The notes under the pieces were generated by a model. The model did no database searches. It saw only the letters and a list, made by a program, of their open reading frames with translations, and was not told the origin of the DNA. This document shows, one piece after another, positions 12,925 through 25,545 of a stretch of 42,850 nucleotides of DNA. Position 1 is the first letter of the stretch. Each line of letters opens with the position of its first letter. Position numbers and translations under genes: made by a program. The DNA is from Catajapyx aquilonaris. Its lineage: Eukaryota. The stretch lies in NCBI GenBank assembly GCA_000934665.2, contig KZ538885.1:1-42850 (forward strand). The letters run 5' to 3'.

Positions 12925-14114
12925 TAATTAATAGGGAATTGTTCGGCCTGCCAATTTGGAGAGGAGAGAATAATGGCGCCCGGATAGCTTCGATGTGTAC
13001 TGTGGCGCTCTGATCCAATCCCATTTATGTTGTGCTGTAATGGCACCCATACACCTCTACGCTGAAAAAAAAAAGTTGATGCTCTTTTGGATCCGATCCA
13101 ACAAACCCCGTAAAAAAGAGCAGATGAACCGCAAAGTTCGTTAAATACAGCTCTTGTTTTTTTATTCCAGCTACTAAAGTTAGCAAGAGCTGCTAACACC
13201 AACGAACTGCTAATGAACACATATACACAACGAGCAGCACCGCCTGGATGAAATTGCTCGAAACAGTTTGGCCCTAAACTGTCATGGCGGTCAAAGCTGT
13301 TGCTCTTTACAATAAAAAAAAACGGAAAGGAACATTTTTGAACTTCATTGTTGCCAAAGTTTGTTAACGCCGCGCCGCGCCTTAAATCCGGCTTTAAATC
13401 CGTCGTAAATTCCATGGCGGCTAAACGGTGGGCCATACAAAGTTTGGGTAATGACGCGCGTCTCTCCTTTTTTTTCTGCGCCATTTGGGTCAACAACCGA
13501 GCCGTTTGCGACCAACTGTCGATTCGCAACCGCAGCTCCTCTTTGGCTGTTTTTTTTGGAGGGGGGGGGGGGAGCCGAAGTCTTTGGGCACCCGCAAAAG
13601 CATAGTTAGGCCCAAAACTCTGTCACTCAGAGAGAGAAAAAAAAACCACGCCCTCAACTCGCGTCATCACATTAGGTCCCAACGACACCCCAGGCGGACC
13701 GAACCCTAATTAATTGTTGTGTGTCAAGCCGCACAGGAACGCGGTTTTGTTGCCTCTTTTTCCACCTCCCAACCCAACCTCTCCTCTTTTTTTCCATCAT
13801 GTGTCCTAAAATGGCCTGCTATATGTATTGACAAACACTGGCTTTTTGCTCTCTCATCCGTCCTGTACACACACGCAAGCAAAAGCCAATATTTGGTCCG
13901 TTTCAGCCAACAAATTCGGATGAGCTGACATATTATATGGACCAATCAGAGGCGATTGGCTGCCGCTGAATCGGACCCAAAGTTGGATTGCCTTAAACTC
14001 GATATTGTAGTTCTGCGCATGCACGTATACGTTGATCTGCGCATGCGCGTATACGTTAAAATTCGTCGTCGGCATGAAAATGAATCCAATAACAAGTAAG
14101 TCTAATATTGTCAA

Positions 14115-14274
14115 CTAGCGCACCCGTAGCCAAAATTTGGCAAGGTGGCAGCACTCACCAGGGGCCCTTCCATCTTTCCGCCGCGATCAGAAGGTGGCAG
14201 CACTCGCACCAGGGACCCTTCTCCTTCCGGAGCGTTCCAGAGGCGAAAAAAATAAGGCTATTATTATAGGGGGA
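14115..14274 (-). mobile_element. Short Helitron-like element
   Basis: a|ctag...gccaaaatttggc hairpin (same family 3' end); internal duplication aaggtggcagcactc. Confidence 0.45.
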
Positions 14275-14427
14275 ATGTTCAGTATTGCATTTACACTCTA
14301 CAGGCTCTAAGGTAAGTAATTACCTCTTCTTTGATAATTATATCACAGTCACTTGTAAAAACCTCGCATCTGCACCTAGGGATAAGGTACTGCAGAGGCA
14401 CCTTTTTCCAAACGACGGCAGTGCAGA

Positions 14428-14827
14428 CTATAGATGAAAATCTTTTACGAGCTCAACAGAGTGCGCACACACACTCGCGCAAACTCCATTGTTTTGACAA
14501 CAACGTTGCCAGAGTTGCTCCCCAGTGGCCAACACCAGTAGCCTCTAAGGTTCTTAGAGGCTACTGGTGTTGGCCACTGGGGAGCAACTCTGGCAACGTT
14601 GTTGTCAAAACAATGGAGTTCCAGAGCCTTGGCAACGTCGCAAAAGTCTGCCATATTGTTACCTCGCCTCAATAGTAGCGTTGGAAATAAGTTCAGCGCG
14701 CGCTTGTTTATCAGCACACCAGCTCTGCAGATAGCTTATCCGCTATGATTGATAATAATTATCAACTATGAAAGCTGCGCGATCTGTGTTGCGCACTCAA
14801 TTGCGCTAATTTAAAAAAAATTTATAC
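14428..14827. mobile_element. MITE copy containing a perfect 68-bp-arm palindrome (14482-14620)
   Basis: Homologous to 5211-5518; arms 14482-14549 and 14553-14620 are exact reverse complements with loop gtt. Confidence 0.8.
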
Positions 14828-17450
14828 GCATGAGAGTGCATTTGGCGCATTCGCAATGCGTAAACACCATTGTTGATTGTTTTTTAGAGGCGGAAATTCC
14901 TCCACGGTCCGCTTCAACGCCCCCGCATTGATTGGCCGGAGTGGTCCAGACGTGAGAGACATGGAGAGCGGATCTTATTGGCAGGCCGGGAAAGCAAGCC
15001 TTGGCACTAAATCCGTCAGGACCCTGTTTTTGTCTATCAGTTCTCTTCCGGGTCGGACTTTGTGCCTGGTTGGGTGGGTGGGTTGGGGTGTGTGCATCTC
15101 CTGCGGCAGTAAATAACTCTCCTTTAAGTGAGATTGTTCGCGTGCTGACGGACATTGAGTGGTGGGGATTGGACCCCCCTCCGATGAGAGAGGCGCCATT
15201 AGACCCGGTCGTTAGCAGGGGGGGTCCTACCAAAGGAAAAGGGGGTGGAGACACGGACATTAGACACACGCAGATCCGCATCTTTTTTACCAGCAGTTTT
15301 CCACACCTGCGAGGATACAAGCAGTGTCATGATAATGCCATTTTTCACCCTATAAGATGCTTACTAGTAAGCAGTATTAGACTCGAGTAAGACCGGATTG
15401 AATCCCATTTTAAATAACATCTATAAATGTAACAGTTTTAATGTGACCCAGTACTTAAAAGAAGCCGATTATGGTGAAAAATTACTAACATCATGGACAT
15501 TTTAACTATAGCACACTGTAATACTATACTCACTGTCATCAGACGTGTTTAAAATACCTTATTAGGTGTGTAATTTTGACGGGATTTTTTAAAAAATGTC
15601 TAACCTGTAAGAAAATTGACGTCTGTTGCTTATGTGTCAAAAATATTATTTTTTCATGGCTACATTTCAGAAATTTATTGTCGTAAATGTCGTGACTGGA
15701 TTTTAGAGACTTACTAGGAAAACGCTCGCAAACCACTCGCTTCGCTCGCTCTTTTCTAGGCCTACGGCCTGGGGTACCTATTCGGCGCACCATATCGCCG
15801 GGGAATGGACAGTTTCCCCGGCAACCCAACAGGAGTTGTTTACACCCCATTGCGCATGAGTAGAACGCGGGCCAATGGGGAGGTGGCGGTAACAATATGC
15901 GGCGGACCAATCAGAGGGCTCGGCCAAGCAACACAAGTTTTAATATTATATATGGTCGAATTTTCGTCCCACTGATAGTTACTAACTTAGCCGTACCATT
16001 GTTGGTAGTGTTACTGCTAACTTAGCAGTGGGACGAAATTCCCACCCTAAACCTTTAGGAACTCTTTACAAACTATTGTTGAAAAGTAATGGAGAGGAAA
16101 TACAGCGATGGACATTTTATGGTGTCGTCCTGGTGACGCCACGGGCCAATGTCGGCAAAAAGAGCGAATCGAAGCTAATTGGTTGCTAAATTCGTCACTT
16201 CTATTCTCTATTTTGCCACCAGCAACTCGTGGCGCCACATGTACGACACCATTAACGTCCAATGCGGAAGTACTCGACTCATCCTAATGTTTTATAATCT
16301 AGCCACCAACATCGAAGGACCTGCGTGATTGTGCAGTCTTACAACATGGTAAGTGAGCATTACAGTGGCGTCGCTGCTCTAGTATCTCAAACATTTCCTA
16401 CGGATTTCCATTCCTTGGAAAAAAAGACTTTGTCCCAAGATCTTGCACGTCAGTTCCCTTCTTTTTCCGGGCTATGATTCCTTATCGCCGCCTGATCGAC
16501 CAGTCTTCCCCCCCCCCNCCCCCCCCCCCCCTTTTATCCGGAGCCTGATTTCTATCAGGAGGAGGCTCAACTCCGGTCCTATTCGTTCCTGACTGCAGCC
16601 GAATCTGTTTAGAAAGACCGGTCCCCATTTTTTTACCGTAGCTGCAGGATCGGGGGACCTTAGAGAAGACAGAAGCTGCAATCTTTTTCGTGTCTGCGCG
16701 ACAATTGCAACTCCGGATAATTGAGCCGGGGTTGTCGATAAACCTTTATCATGGAGTAAACAGCTTTGAGCTTGGAAGGTCCGGTCCGGATCACAAAAGA
16801 GGGGACGCTTATCACCCTTTCGGGGGGTGGACAGGGAGAGCTGGGGGATCCAATAGAAATTGACCTTCGTTTTGTGTACGACCGGGGGGAAAGAGATATT
16901 GAATTCTGGTGGTGGTGGAAAAGGCCGGCCAATTCAATCCCTGCCATTCTTTTGGAGGCAGGATCGAGTGACAGGGACGGGTATTATTTGGGGCACGTCG
17001 CCCCCTCCCCTCCCCCTGTCCACATCCTATCCGCCCCCCTTTTTTTCCTCCCCCGTCCAGTTTTGGTGTCGTTGGCAGACGGAACTGGCGGAAGCAAGTC
17101 TTTGTGACGGCGGGGGCTGTTCAATAATGGGTTAACCCAGCGGTTCCCTGGGTGTTGGGACTGCCCGGGGGGACCTTTTCAGTTGCACAACAGATGCGAT
17201 TTTTTTTTAAATGTGACGGGGAGGTGGAAAAATCCTGAATTTTATAGCAGATAGTGGCGATTTGGAAGAGAAACCGGCCTTGGATATTTCAATTTGAAGG
17301 ATCTGAGATATTTTTTAAAAAAACAGCCAAATCCACCTATGGAGTGTTCTCACACAAATACGTGCAGCAATTATGTATTTTGTCATTGGGTAAACTAACA
17401 ATATTGCACATTATTTTGTATCTGAACTGCGGCAACATATGGATGTAAAA

Positions 17451-17820
17451 TCTACTAAACCCAATCTCCTTATTCTCTATGTCCACAAGTTTGTCCTATT
17501 GTCCGTGTTGACTCATCGCCTATAGGAAATAGTTGCCATAGTTTTCACCTTTCCCCGTTCAACAATATTAGGGGGTATATAGCTGTCAGAGAGGGTGGGA
17601 CCCACTTCAATTGAGGCGAGACACGCGCTGGTTATAGCAACCTGGTGGGCTTTATCTACGCGGTGACTCATCACCAACGTGCATGTAGTACTACTTTCCC
17701 CATGAGAGCGGCAGTAGTGCGCCAAGTGGTGGTGGTCTTTTGTACTACGTCCAAATGGGGGAGGGGAGGGGGTGTGAGCCAAGCAGTGTTGCCAAAATTT
17801 AGCATCGAGTCCGCTACTAG
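17451..17820 (+). mobile_element. Non-autonomous Helitron (370 bp)
   Basis: a|TCTACT ... subterminal ttgccaaaatttagca hairpin ... CTAG|t, no TSD; near full-length homolog at ~25020-25395. Confidence 0.75.
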
Positions 17821-17908
17821 TGTTTCAAGATTGTACCAGTGAAATCCGTTCTTGCTCATTTTATAACCAGTTTTTTTTTTCAGGTGGACTTGACTGTTTT
17901 TGAGTCGT

Positions 17909-18074
17909 CAGATCCTCTTATCCTGAGTATCGAGGGCAACCCAAGTGTCTGGTCTGTGATGCGGGCAGACTGACTAGCAGGATGCGGATGTTGCAGACTC
18001 ATCCTGTAATTGAGCCTCCCCGCATGACAGAGAAGGCACTTGGGCTGCCCTGAATAGTAAGGATGAGCTGTCTG
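17909..18074. repeat. ~165-bp imperfect inverted repeat (hairpin, MITE-like)
   Basis: agggcaacccaagtg...tctgtgatgcggg pairs with cccgcatgacaga...cacttgggctgccct. Confidence 0.7.
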
Positions 18075-21000
18075 GTTATAATCACGAAAATATCAGGTGG
18101 CAGTTGGGGGCCACTCTTTATCCAGCACTATTGTCGGTGCTTTTTGATCAGGGTTGTGCTGTGATGAGGTCGAGGGTGTGAGCCAACGAGCATGAAGCCC
18201 CCCAGAGCCCCCAGTTCCCCCTGGTACATATTGGTGTGGCAGGCCGCTCGTTAACCCATTTAACTGCGTATTTATTTACCCGACCGGCCGTCCATAACTT
18301 GATTATCTGTACATCTGGGCAATCAATGCGATCTGGCCGGACCACCTCAGCCGTTAAATAGGCGGGGAGGGGAGGGGGATGTTGGGGAAGGTTTTTTTTA
18401 CTACAGCATCCCTACCATCTCGCTCGATATCGCGTAGCTTCCCAGCTCGAGGCTGATAAATAACGCACCCTATAAACCAGGGATATTCATCTAGTGGTCG
18501 CGACAATTCAGGTGCTTTCATCCTTGTACTGCTCCGGGGGCACCTTGCTACGCAAGTACAATGTACTGTTGTGGGAACAGTAGTCTTGCGCTAGTGTGGG
18601 TGCGCACTCGGTTGCGCTCGTAAAAAAAACTTTTTAATAAAGTTGTCCGGATCCAATGATAAACATGTTGTTGCCGCAGTGATTCATGTCGCCCCTGCCT
18701 TTTTGCTGACCTCGGTACGCTTCCAAACTGGCAAATTTCCACTCATCGACACCCTGCAACCCTTCCCTTTGATTGCATAACACAATATTGCTGGTCGTTG
18801 TAGAGCTTGCCTGACCAGCAGGTTCCCCCTCAGTTGCGTTGCTGTAACAGGCGATAAGGCCTCCCCATATCCGTATGTAATGGTCCCTGCTGGGTCTAGT
18901 TGGCAGGCCTGCCGTCTGCTGGTCAGCACACCAGCTGCAACCCGGAAACACACAATGGCTTGCCCAGAAAGTGTCCATGTGGCCGGACCTGCAAAGATTA
19001 AATGGAATCCGTTCCAATATCATTGTTTGTTCCCGCCGGGATAATGAGTAGGGGGGAAAGAGAGGAGAGGGAGGGGTTGATAACCCTGAAAAAAAAGTGT
19101 GGTCTGGTCCAGCAGGGGGTTACAAAAGGAGGTTGGGATTAGGCCGAGTTTGCCCGGACAAAAGGATCTTGAACCCGGGAAGAATGGGACTGCAAATTGC
19201 ATTACTCGCTTCCAATAATCCGGAAGAAAAGGAACGGTGTGTCGAGAGAGGGGGGGGGAAGTAGACTAGCCCCTTCTCTCTTATATGGTAGCCTCCTCTT
19301 TCCCCCCAACTCTATTTCATTAATCCCAAATGCGATTGTCCGCTTCGGGTCTGCGGGGGGTATAATGTAATAGTGCGCAATGCAGGGCTACATCCTCCAG
19401 GGAAAAGGCAAAAAGGGGGGGCTGGGAGGAGTGTGGAAAAGTTATGGCCCATGTTTTTGGTCACTGTCACGTGCAAAATGGCGTAAAAGAAGTCCCTTGC
19501 GGAATGGGGATAACCTCGGTGCCAGATAACTCTTGGCGTTTCGTGGGGAAACTCCGTTTATATGAGCAGGGCCGGAAATACGCGAGGAAATTCTCGGAAT
19601 TTGCATTGGGTCTGCCTCTGCGGCCAATATTGGCGAAAACCGGAAGCTAATTAGCGAATTAAATGACTGGAGGGAAAAATGCAGGAAAGTGTGTCGAGAA
19701 GTTCTCTCCGTATTGGTGTGGGTTTTCTTGGGATTCTCTTGCTTCCTTACACTCTTCAAATTACAGTATATTTTACTGCGAACCCTGGCTCCACTGCTAC
19801 ATCAAGCAGTAATTCTGTTTTTCGCGATTGTTGCTTCCAACCTCTCCGAGTTGCTGAAGCAAACAGTCTATACCTTTGCTCCGTATACCTGAACTGAAGA
19901 CATGGGAAAGGGCATCGCCCTCAGTTATTTTCCGCTTTGATGAATCCTAGGAAACTCGTGGAATTCCTTGAGGATTATTGGGTACCTGGTTGCATCTTCC
20001 TGGCCAATATTGGCAAACCAGGAAAGCTAATTAACAACTTCATACCTTGAAAGCAGACGAGCGACATTAAATGGAATGGGGGGGAAAAAACGTAGTCCAA
20101 TCAAGTGAATTTCTGCGGAATGTTTCACATAACTGTTATGCTCTCATTATTTTGCATCAACCGCTAAGCCTGATGGTAAACCATTAGTATAAGTGGGAGG
20201 CATCGCATTGGACCAAAAACCCGGGACGCAATTACTCATTTCACGCCATAAGTGACAAGTTGCAAAAAGTTTTGGCACGCCAGAAAAAAAAACAATTCTG
20301 CAAGTTATTCCAGACTCCCACCCCCTCCATCCCACCCCCCCACTAGAGCTGTCGCTGTAACTCACCCCTCTAATTTAGCACGTCTGCATCATTTGAAAAG
20401 TCAACTTTTTGCAATTAAGCTGCAGGAGTCATTTTCAAGCAAAGCAAAATGCAACCCACAAAAGGCGCAGGTATATCGTCCAAAAAAATATCCGGGCGAA
20501 AAAAATTCGCGAGCTATGAAAATCCATATTAATTATAAGGGCTTGAGGTTATGTAGTTTGGAATCTCACCCCCCCATCTACTACCCCCTCCCCCCTTCAG
20601 CTGCTGGCTATTATTCTATCCCTAGAGCAAATGTTGACACAGCTTCCGGCTGCCATTTACACATTTGGAAGGGTCTTTTTCAAGCCATTATGAGCATCAT
20701 TGGATGTTCAACATTGGCTCTATATGCTAAGCTAACTGATCTGGATCGCTGTTTGCACGCATCAAGCTGGACACGCGATTTTTTTTTACTTGGGTAAAAG
20801 GGGGTTTACTCTCTCGTCGTATGTTGTGCATGTATACACTCTGTACACATGGTGATTGATGAATTTTCCAGCGTGAGAAATAATAAATTTCTCCTCCCAT
20901 GACTGGAGCATAATCTTGTTCACCTTTTGGCGAAAGGTCGACCAGAAGCGCTGGCAAATGATCAATATTGCTCTCCGACATGACACCAGATATGGGTAAG

Positions 21001-21364
21001 GAGAGGAGGGTTGTCTAGTGCAATTGAAAAGGGGAGGTGTGGAAGTGGGGAGGAGAGATAGAGATAGAGAGACATTGGCAATCCGTGGGCGTATCTCATT
21101 CCAGCTAGTCGGCAGCCAAGGGTGCTTAGGAAATGCTTGAGAGGTGGCAGCCTGGGTAATGGAAACGGAATGATTTCAGTCTCCCGGATCCTTACGCCGC
21201 CAACCACTTGTCCTTCTCAAGAGTTGCCAAGGGCTGGCTGGCTGGCTAAAGGGAGGAAAAGGAGGGTTGGAAATGCACAGGGTGGTCCAGACATAAAAAA
21301 AACACTGCTTATAAGACACTTTCTCATGTAGCTGGTTTGCAGGCTACGTAGTATTTATTCAAAA

Positions 21365-21427
21365 ATCTGCACAAGGGCCCACAAAGCCTTGCAGGTTAAT
21401 AAAACTATTACTTACTTACTATTATAC
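21365..21427 (+). mobile_element. Very short retroposon 3' remnant
   Basis: AATAAA plus (TTAC)n tail, flanked by 13-bp direct repeat tatttattcaaaa (21352-21364, 21428-21440). Confidence 0.45.
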
Positions 21428-21440
21428 TATTTATTCAAAA

Positions 21441-21677
21441 CTAGCTGCGGCTCCCGGCGTTGTCCTGGAAGAAATGAAGGGAAAACACCTACCTGAAGTA
21501 GCCCCGTAAAAATTTGCACGCACAGAGAGCCGCCATGACACTTTTAAGATGGCCGGGTTGGAAGGACGGGAGAGGTTGGAGGTGTAGGAAGTGGACCACA
21601 GATGGCAGGCAAATGACGTTTGGCGTTACAGGCGGGCGGACAGACAGACAGATCACAAGCGGGTTTATTCATATAGA
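21441..21677 (-). mobile_element. Non-autonomous Helitron with (CAGA)n microsatellite
   Basis: a|ctagctgcggctcccggcgttgtcctgg ... cagacagacaga ... atataga|t, the usual layout of arthropod non-autonomous Helitrons. Confidence 0.65.
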
Positions 21678-21758
21678 TTTATCAACATGCTACAGTTTGT
21701 TATGATTTATTCGTTCATTTATAAATGTTTCACTTTTTCTTATAGTCGAATAGGCATA

Positions 21759-21967
21759 CTAGTAGTGAAACCGTTGCCAAAAACTTGTCAACACTGCCCG
21801 GCCCGCCCCTACTTGGACGTAGTACGATATTCCACTACCGGGACTCCAGGAGGCACACCTCTCTGCACACTACTGCCGCTCTAAGGGGAAAAGTAGTATA
21901 CTACATGCACGTAGGTGATGAGTCACCGTGGACAGACAGAGTCTCGCCTAGCCAATTTTACATATGA
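21759..21967 (-). mobile_element. Short Helitron of the same family
   Basis: On the minus strand: a|TCATATGTAAAATTGGCTAGGCG ... hairpin ... CTAG|t. Confidence 0.7.
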
Positions 21968-24697
21968 TTTATTCGCATTATGATTTACGGCTTCATGATT
22001 TATGATCTGTTATGTGATGTCCTTTATGATTTATGATTTGTTTTGTGATTTATTTTACACTTTATTTTTATACTGTATAAACATTTATGTATTATTTCAT
22101 CAATTTATACAGTATACAATTTTATGCATTATGCTTAAATAGATTTGCAATGTTCATTTCTTGTTGGATCACCCTGTACTTTTTTTTAAAGGGGCGAAGA
22201 GGTCTTAAAAGGAAAGTGTGTGGAGGAATTCCAGTCTGCTGGACACTTCTCCTGACTGAAAGCGATTGTCCGTAAACATTTTTTGGACATTTTTTTGTCC
22301 CCCCCCCCCCCCTAACCCTTTGCAAAATATTGCGTTGGGAAATATTGACAAGAGGAGGGGGTGGGAGGGGGAGGGACACTCTCGGCTCAGATGTTCGCCA
22401 AAGCGGATAATTAAATGCACTCTCATGCAAATTATAGCAGGGTGATTTATGAAATTCAACCCCCCCCCCTCCTCCCCTCTTTCTACCCACCCTTCTAACC
22501 CATCCCGAGTAACTGCACTTATCGAATTTCTATCCCGGCTCGTTTATTACGGAGTCGTTTCTAGTTAAACCGTGTGGGAGGGTTGGCTGGTGTGGGTGGG
22601 TTATTGCCGTTTTCGATATTAAATGTTAGGATGGGTACGTCATGGCCAAAGACCAGATGAATATTCAAGAGCCTGCTTCGAAAATAGTTGAATCGTATAC
22701 AGAATGGTGTTTACTCCCAAAGTTGGCGGCTCCTGCAACAATGCGATGAGCAGTCAATGTGTCAAAAACACTGGCAAATATGATGAGGCTGTAATAAAAT
22801 AGTGTGTACCTGATATCACGTGTAAGTCATGTTTCCATATATTGAACCAGGTGAGCGAATATTTCAAACAATTATTTGAAACTGCGCTGGCATGCACGAG
22901 ATTAGAACGCAAATTAACTGGTTCATTTGCAGTGTTTGATTTCTGATTGTTTTGTTTGTCGCTTAATTAATAATTGCTCCAGTGAATTTTTACGGTTTAG
23001 TAATTAACAGCAATGAACTGGCTGGTACCGCCGCTTCCATGATGAAGCAAAGGAACAAAAGAATCCTCTGATGTGTACATGGTTCATATTCATATGTAGT
23101 ACTTGCTGCGTTTATTACTGGAGGCTCATATAATATTTATCCAGTTGCTAAATTATTTTCAGGGCATGTGAAGGACCTCTCGAGGAACAAAAATTAATCA
23201 TTTATAAGCCAGTAATTGACACTTCTGCGCATGTTATTATTGCGGATTGTGTTAACATATATGTGTTGGTGCAACATGATGTAGTGTCTACGTAGCCTAC
23301 ATGACTACATCGAGCACTTATTGTTGGAAGAATTTAATATTGTGAAAATTTTACTCGACGATCCCTTGGCTTGGTATGTGGTGGATGAAGTAGAACTGCC
23401 CACAACATTTTGTCGAAGTTAGCACCAGCTGAAAGCCAATGGTTTGAATAACGGGTAACTCTGAGTCCCCGGATTAGATTGCGAGTCGTAAATAAAGTGG
23501 AGGCATATGGAGAGAAGTACTCTTGTATAGTGAAAACGAGAGGACGCGGGTATGTCATGAGAACCGTCATAATTTTTTGGGAGAAATAAACGTGGGTTTT
23601 TAGCCCTCCTCCCACCAACCCATGGCAGGATTAGGCGAGTGGTCGGAAATGACCAAATGGCTTTGGGGAACGTAGATGAAAGCCAATTATTTTTAGTGGG
23701 AGGCGACAGAAAAGGGGAGGTTATGTAGGGGGTGGGGGGGAAATGGCAGGAAAGCGCAATAATTCGGACCCGGCATCAATTCGCCCTCCTGGCCCATAAA
23801 TCCTTTTATCCCAACGCTCCACCTCTCAAAATGCTACACCTTTTTTTGTGTGTTTGCGTCAGAGACTATTAAAAAGTAAGGCAGGAAATTCCGGGACAAC
23901 AAAAGTGCAAAAATCTGGACCCTAACGAGTCAGCTATTCAAAAATTATCGGGAGGTCGAATAAGTGGAGACGACGGCCTTTTAAACTGAGAACTCGACCC
24001 AAATTCTGCCTTTTTGCCGACGTCGTTTATCAATCAATAGAAGTGGAGACACACACAAAAAAAGAGACGACGCCGGCGACGCCTTTTCCTGCTTCCAAGT
24101 CACGCCTGGAATTGAAACAATGCTCTTAACCCGGTTTTTGGTTCAATGGTGTTAATGGCTGTGATTGCATTATATGGCAACATTTTTTCTCCGTAAAATA
24201 GACGGGTTTTGCTCCCAACATTTTCCTGCTGCCAGTATCAATTAATATAGGCCGTTACGATTTGAGAAACGATTTGGATCCCATTCCCTCACGTCTCATT
24301 TTTCATGGGGGCCCCCCCATCCCACGGAGAATGATTTTTAAAATCTCTCCCATGGGTCGGTCGTGCAGGAAGAATTTTTTTCCCTCCCTTTCCAAGAAAC
24401 ATGGCGGGTACACAGGGGTCTTTTGAGGGTTTTTGCACTTGGGGTTGGGAGGCTGAGCAGACCCGGAGATTTATCGGGCGAGAAGAGGCCGCAAATGGAA
24501 GCCGCTACAAATTCCAATCCGGGGGGGTCAGCAGCCGAAATGCGGGCTGGCAGGTTATGCCAACCACCTATTCCCAACTCGGAACCAACTTGCGGCCTGC
24601 AATTAGGACCCACCCGCCTCACTTTTTGGTGGTGGAGGCCAAGTGGGGGAGCGGGATGAATAAAATCGGCCGCAGCCCGAGAGGGGGGGGGGGGGGA

Positions 24698-24812
24698 NNN
24701 NNNNNNNNNNNNNNNNNNNNNNNNNNNNNNNNNNNNNNNNNNNNNNNNNNNNNNNNNNNNNNNNNNNNNNNNNNNNNNNNNNNNNNNNNNNNNNNNNNNN
24801 NNNNNNNNNNNN
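24698..24812. other. Assembly gap (115 N) inside a poly-G tract
   Basis: Run of n between G homopolymers. Confidence 0.99.
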
Positions 24813-25019
24813 GGGGGAATACACAGGATGTTTTGTAATGATACGGGCAAAGTTCTAGGGTCATACTGCTGGGTATCGTACGATCATTTTATGTAAACTG
24901 AAAGGTCGCCTAAGCTTCTTCACTCAGAGAAAAGTACAACATTTCTGTAACCTCACTGCCAACTATACGCAGTCATAAGCTGGCATCATAATTATTTATT
25001 ATTATTATTATTATTTATA

Positions 25020-25545
25020 TACCTAATGCCCTTAATCCCTTATTCTATCTGTCCACTAGTTTGTCCATGTAGACTCATTGCCTAGGTAGTAGTTACCTCA
25101 ATTTTCACTTTCCCCGTTCAACAATTAGGCATATAGCGGTCAGAGAGGGTGGAACCCACTTCAATTGAGGCGAGACTGTAGCACCCCAAGGTGGTGGCAC
25201 CCTGCTGGTGGGCTTTGTCCGAGTTGTGACTCATCACCAACGTGCATGTACAGTAGTACTACTTTCCCCTTGAGAGCGGCAGTAGTGTGCGGAGGGAGAG
25301 CCTATGCGCCAACTGGTAGGGTCATATCGTACTGTTTCCATGTGGGAAGGTGGACCAAGTAGAGTTGGCAAAATTTGGCAACAAGTCCGCGACTATCATT
25401 ATTATAAACTGCTAAGTTTGTTTGTCCGTGACAACGGGGTTTCCATAGCAACGGGGTTTCCATGGTAAGTTAGTTTTTAAAAAACTGATGTTGTTGATTA
25501 CGTATCATGGAAACAAACGGTGTGAAGAATGGGATTCGCTGCTAG
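25020..25545 (+). mobile_element. Two abutting Helitrons (~25020-25395 and 25396-25545)
   Basis: The first is homologous to 17451-17820. The second starts a|tcattattataaactgctaagtttgtttgtcc and ends gctgCTAG|t. Confidence 0.6.

Noticed and set aside
13930..14320. Promoter-like cluster (CCAAT, TGCGCATGCGC, GGTGGCAGCACT x2, GTAAGT donor)
   Set aside because: Part of it lies in a Helitron-like element and no downstream coding exons could be linked; not supportable as a promoter.
1311..22500. Frequent poly-G/poly-C tracts as G-quadruplex elements
   Set aside because: Spread throughout, often next to ambiguous bases; appears to be a genome-wide compositional or sequencing feature.
24338..24864. 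ORFs spanning X runs
   Set aside because: Open only because of the N gap.
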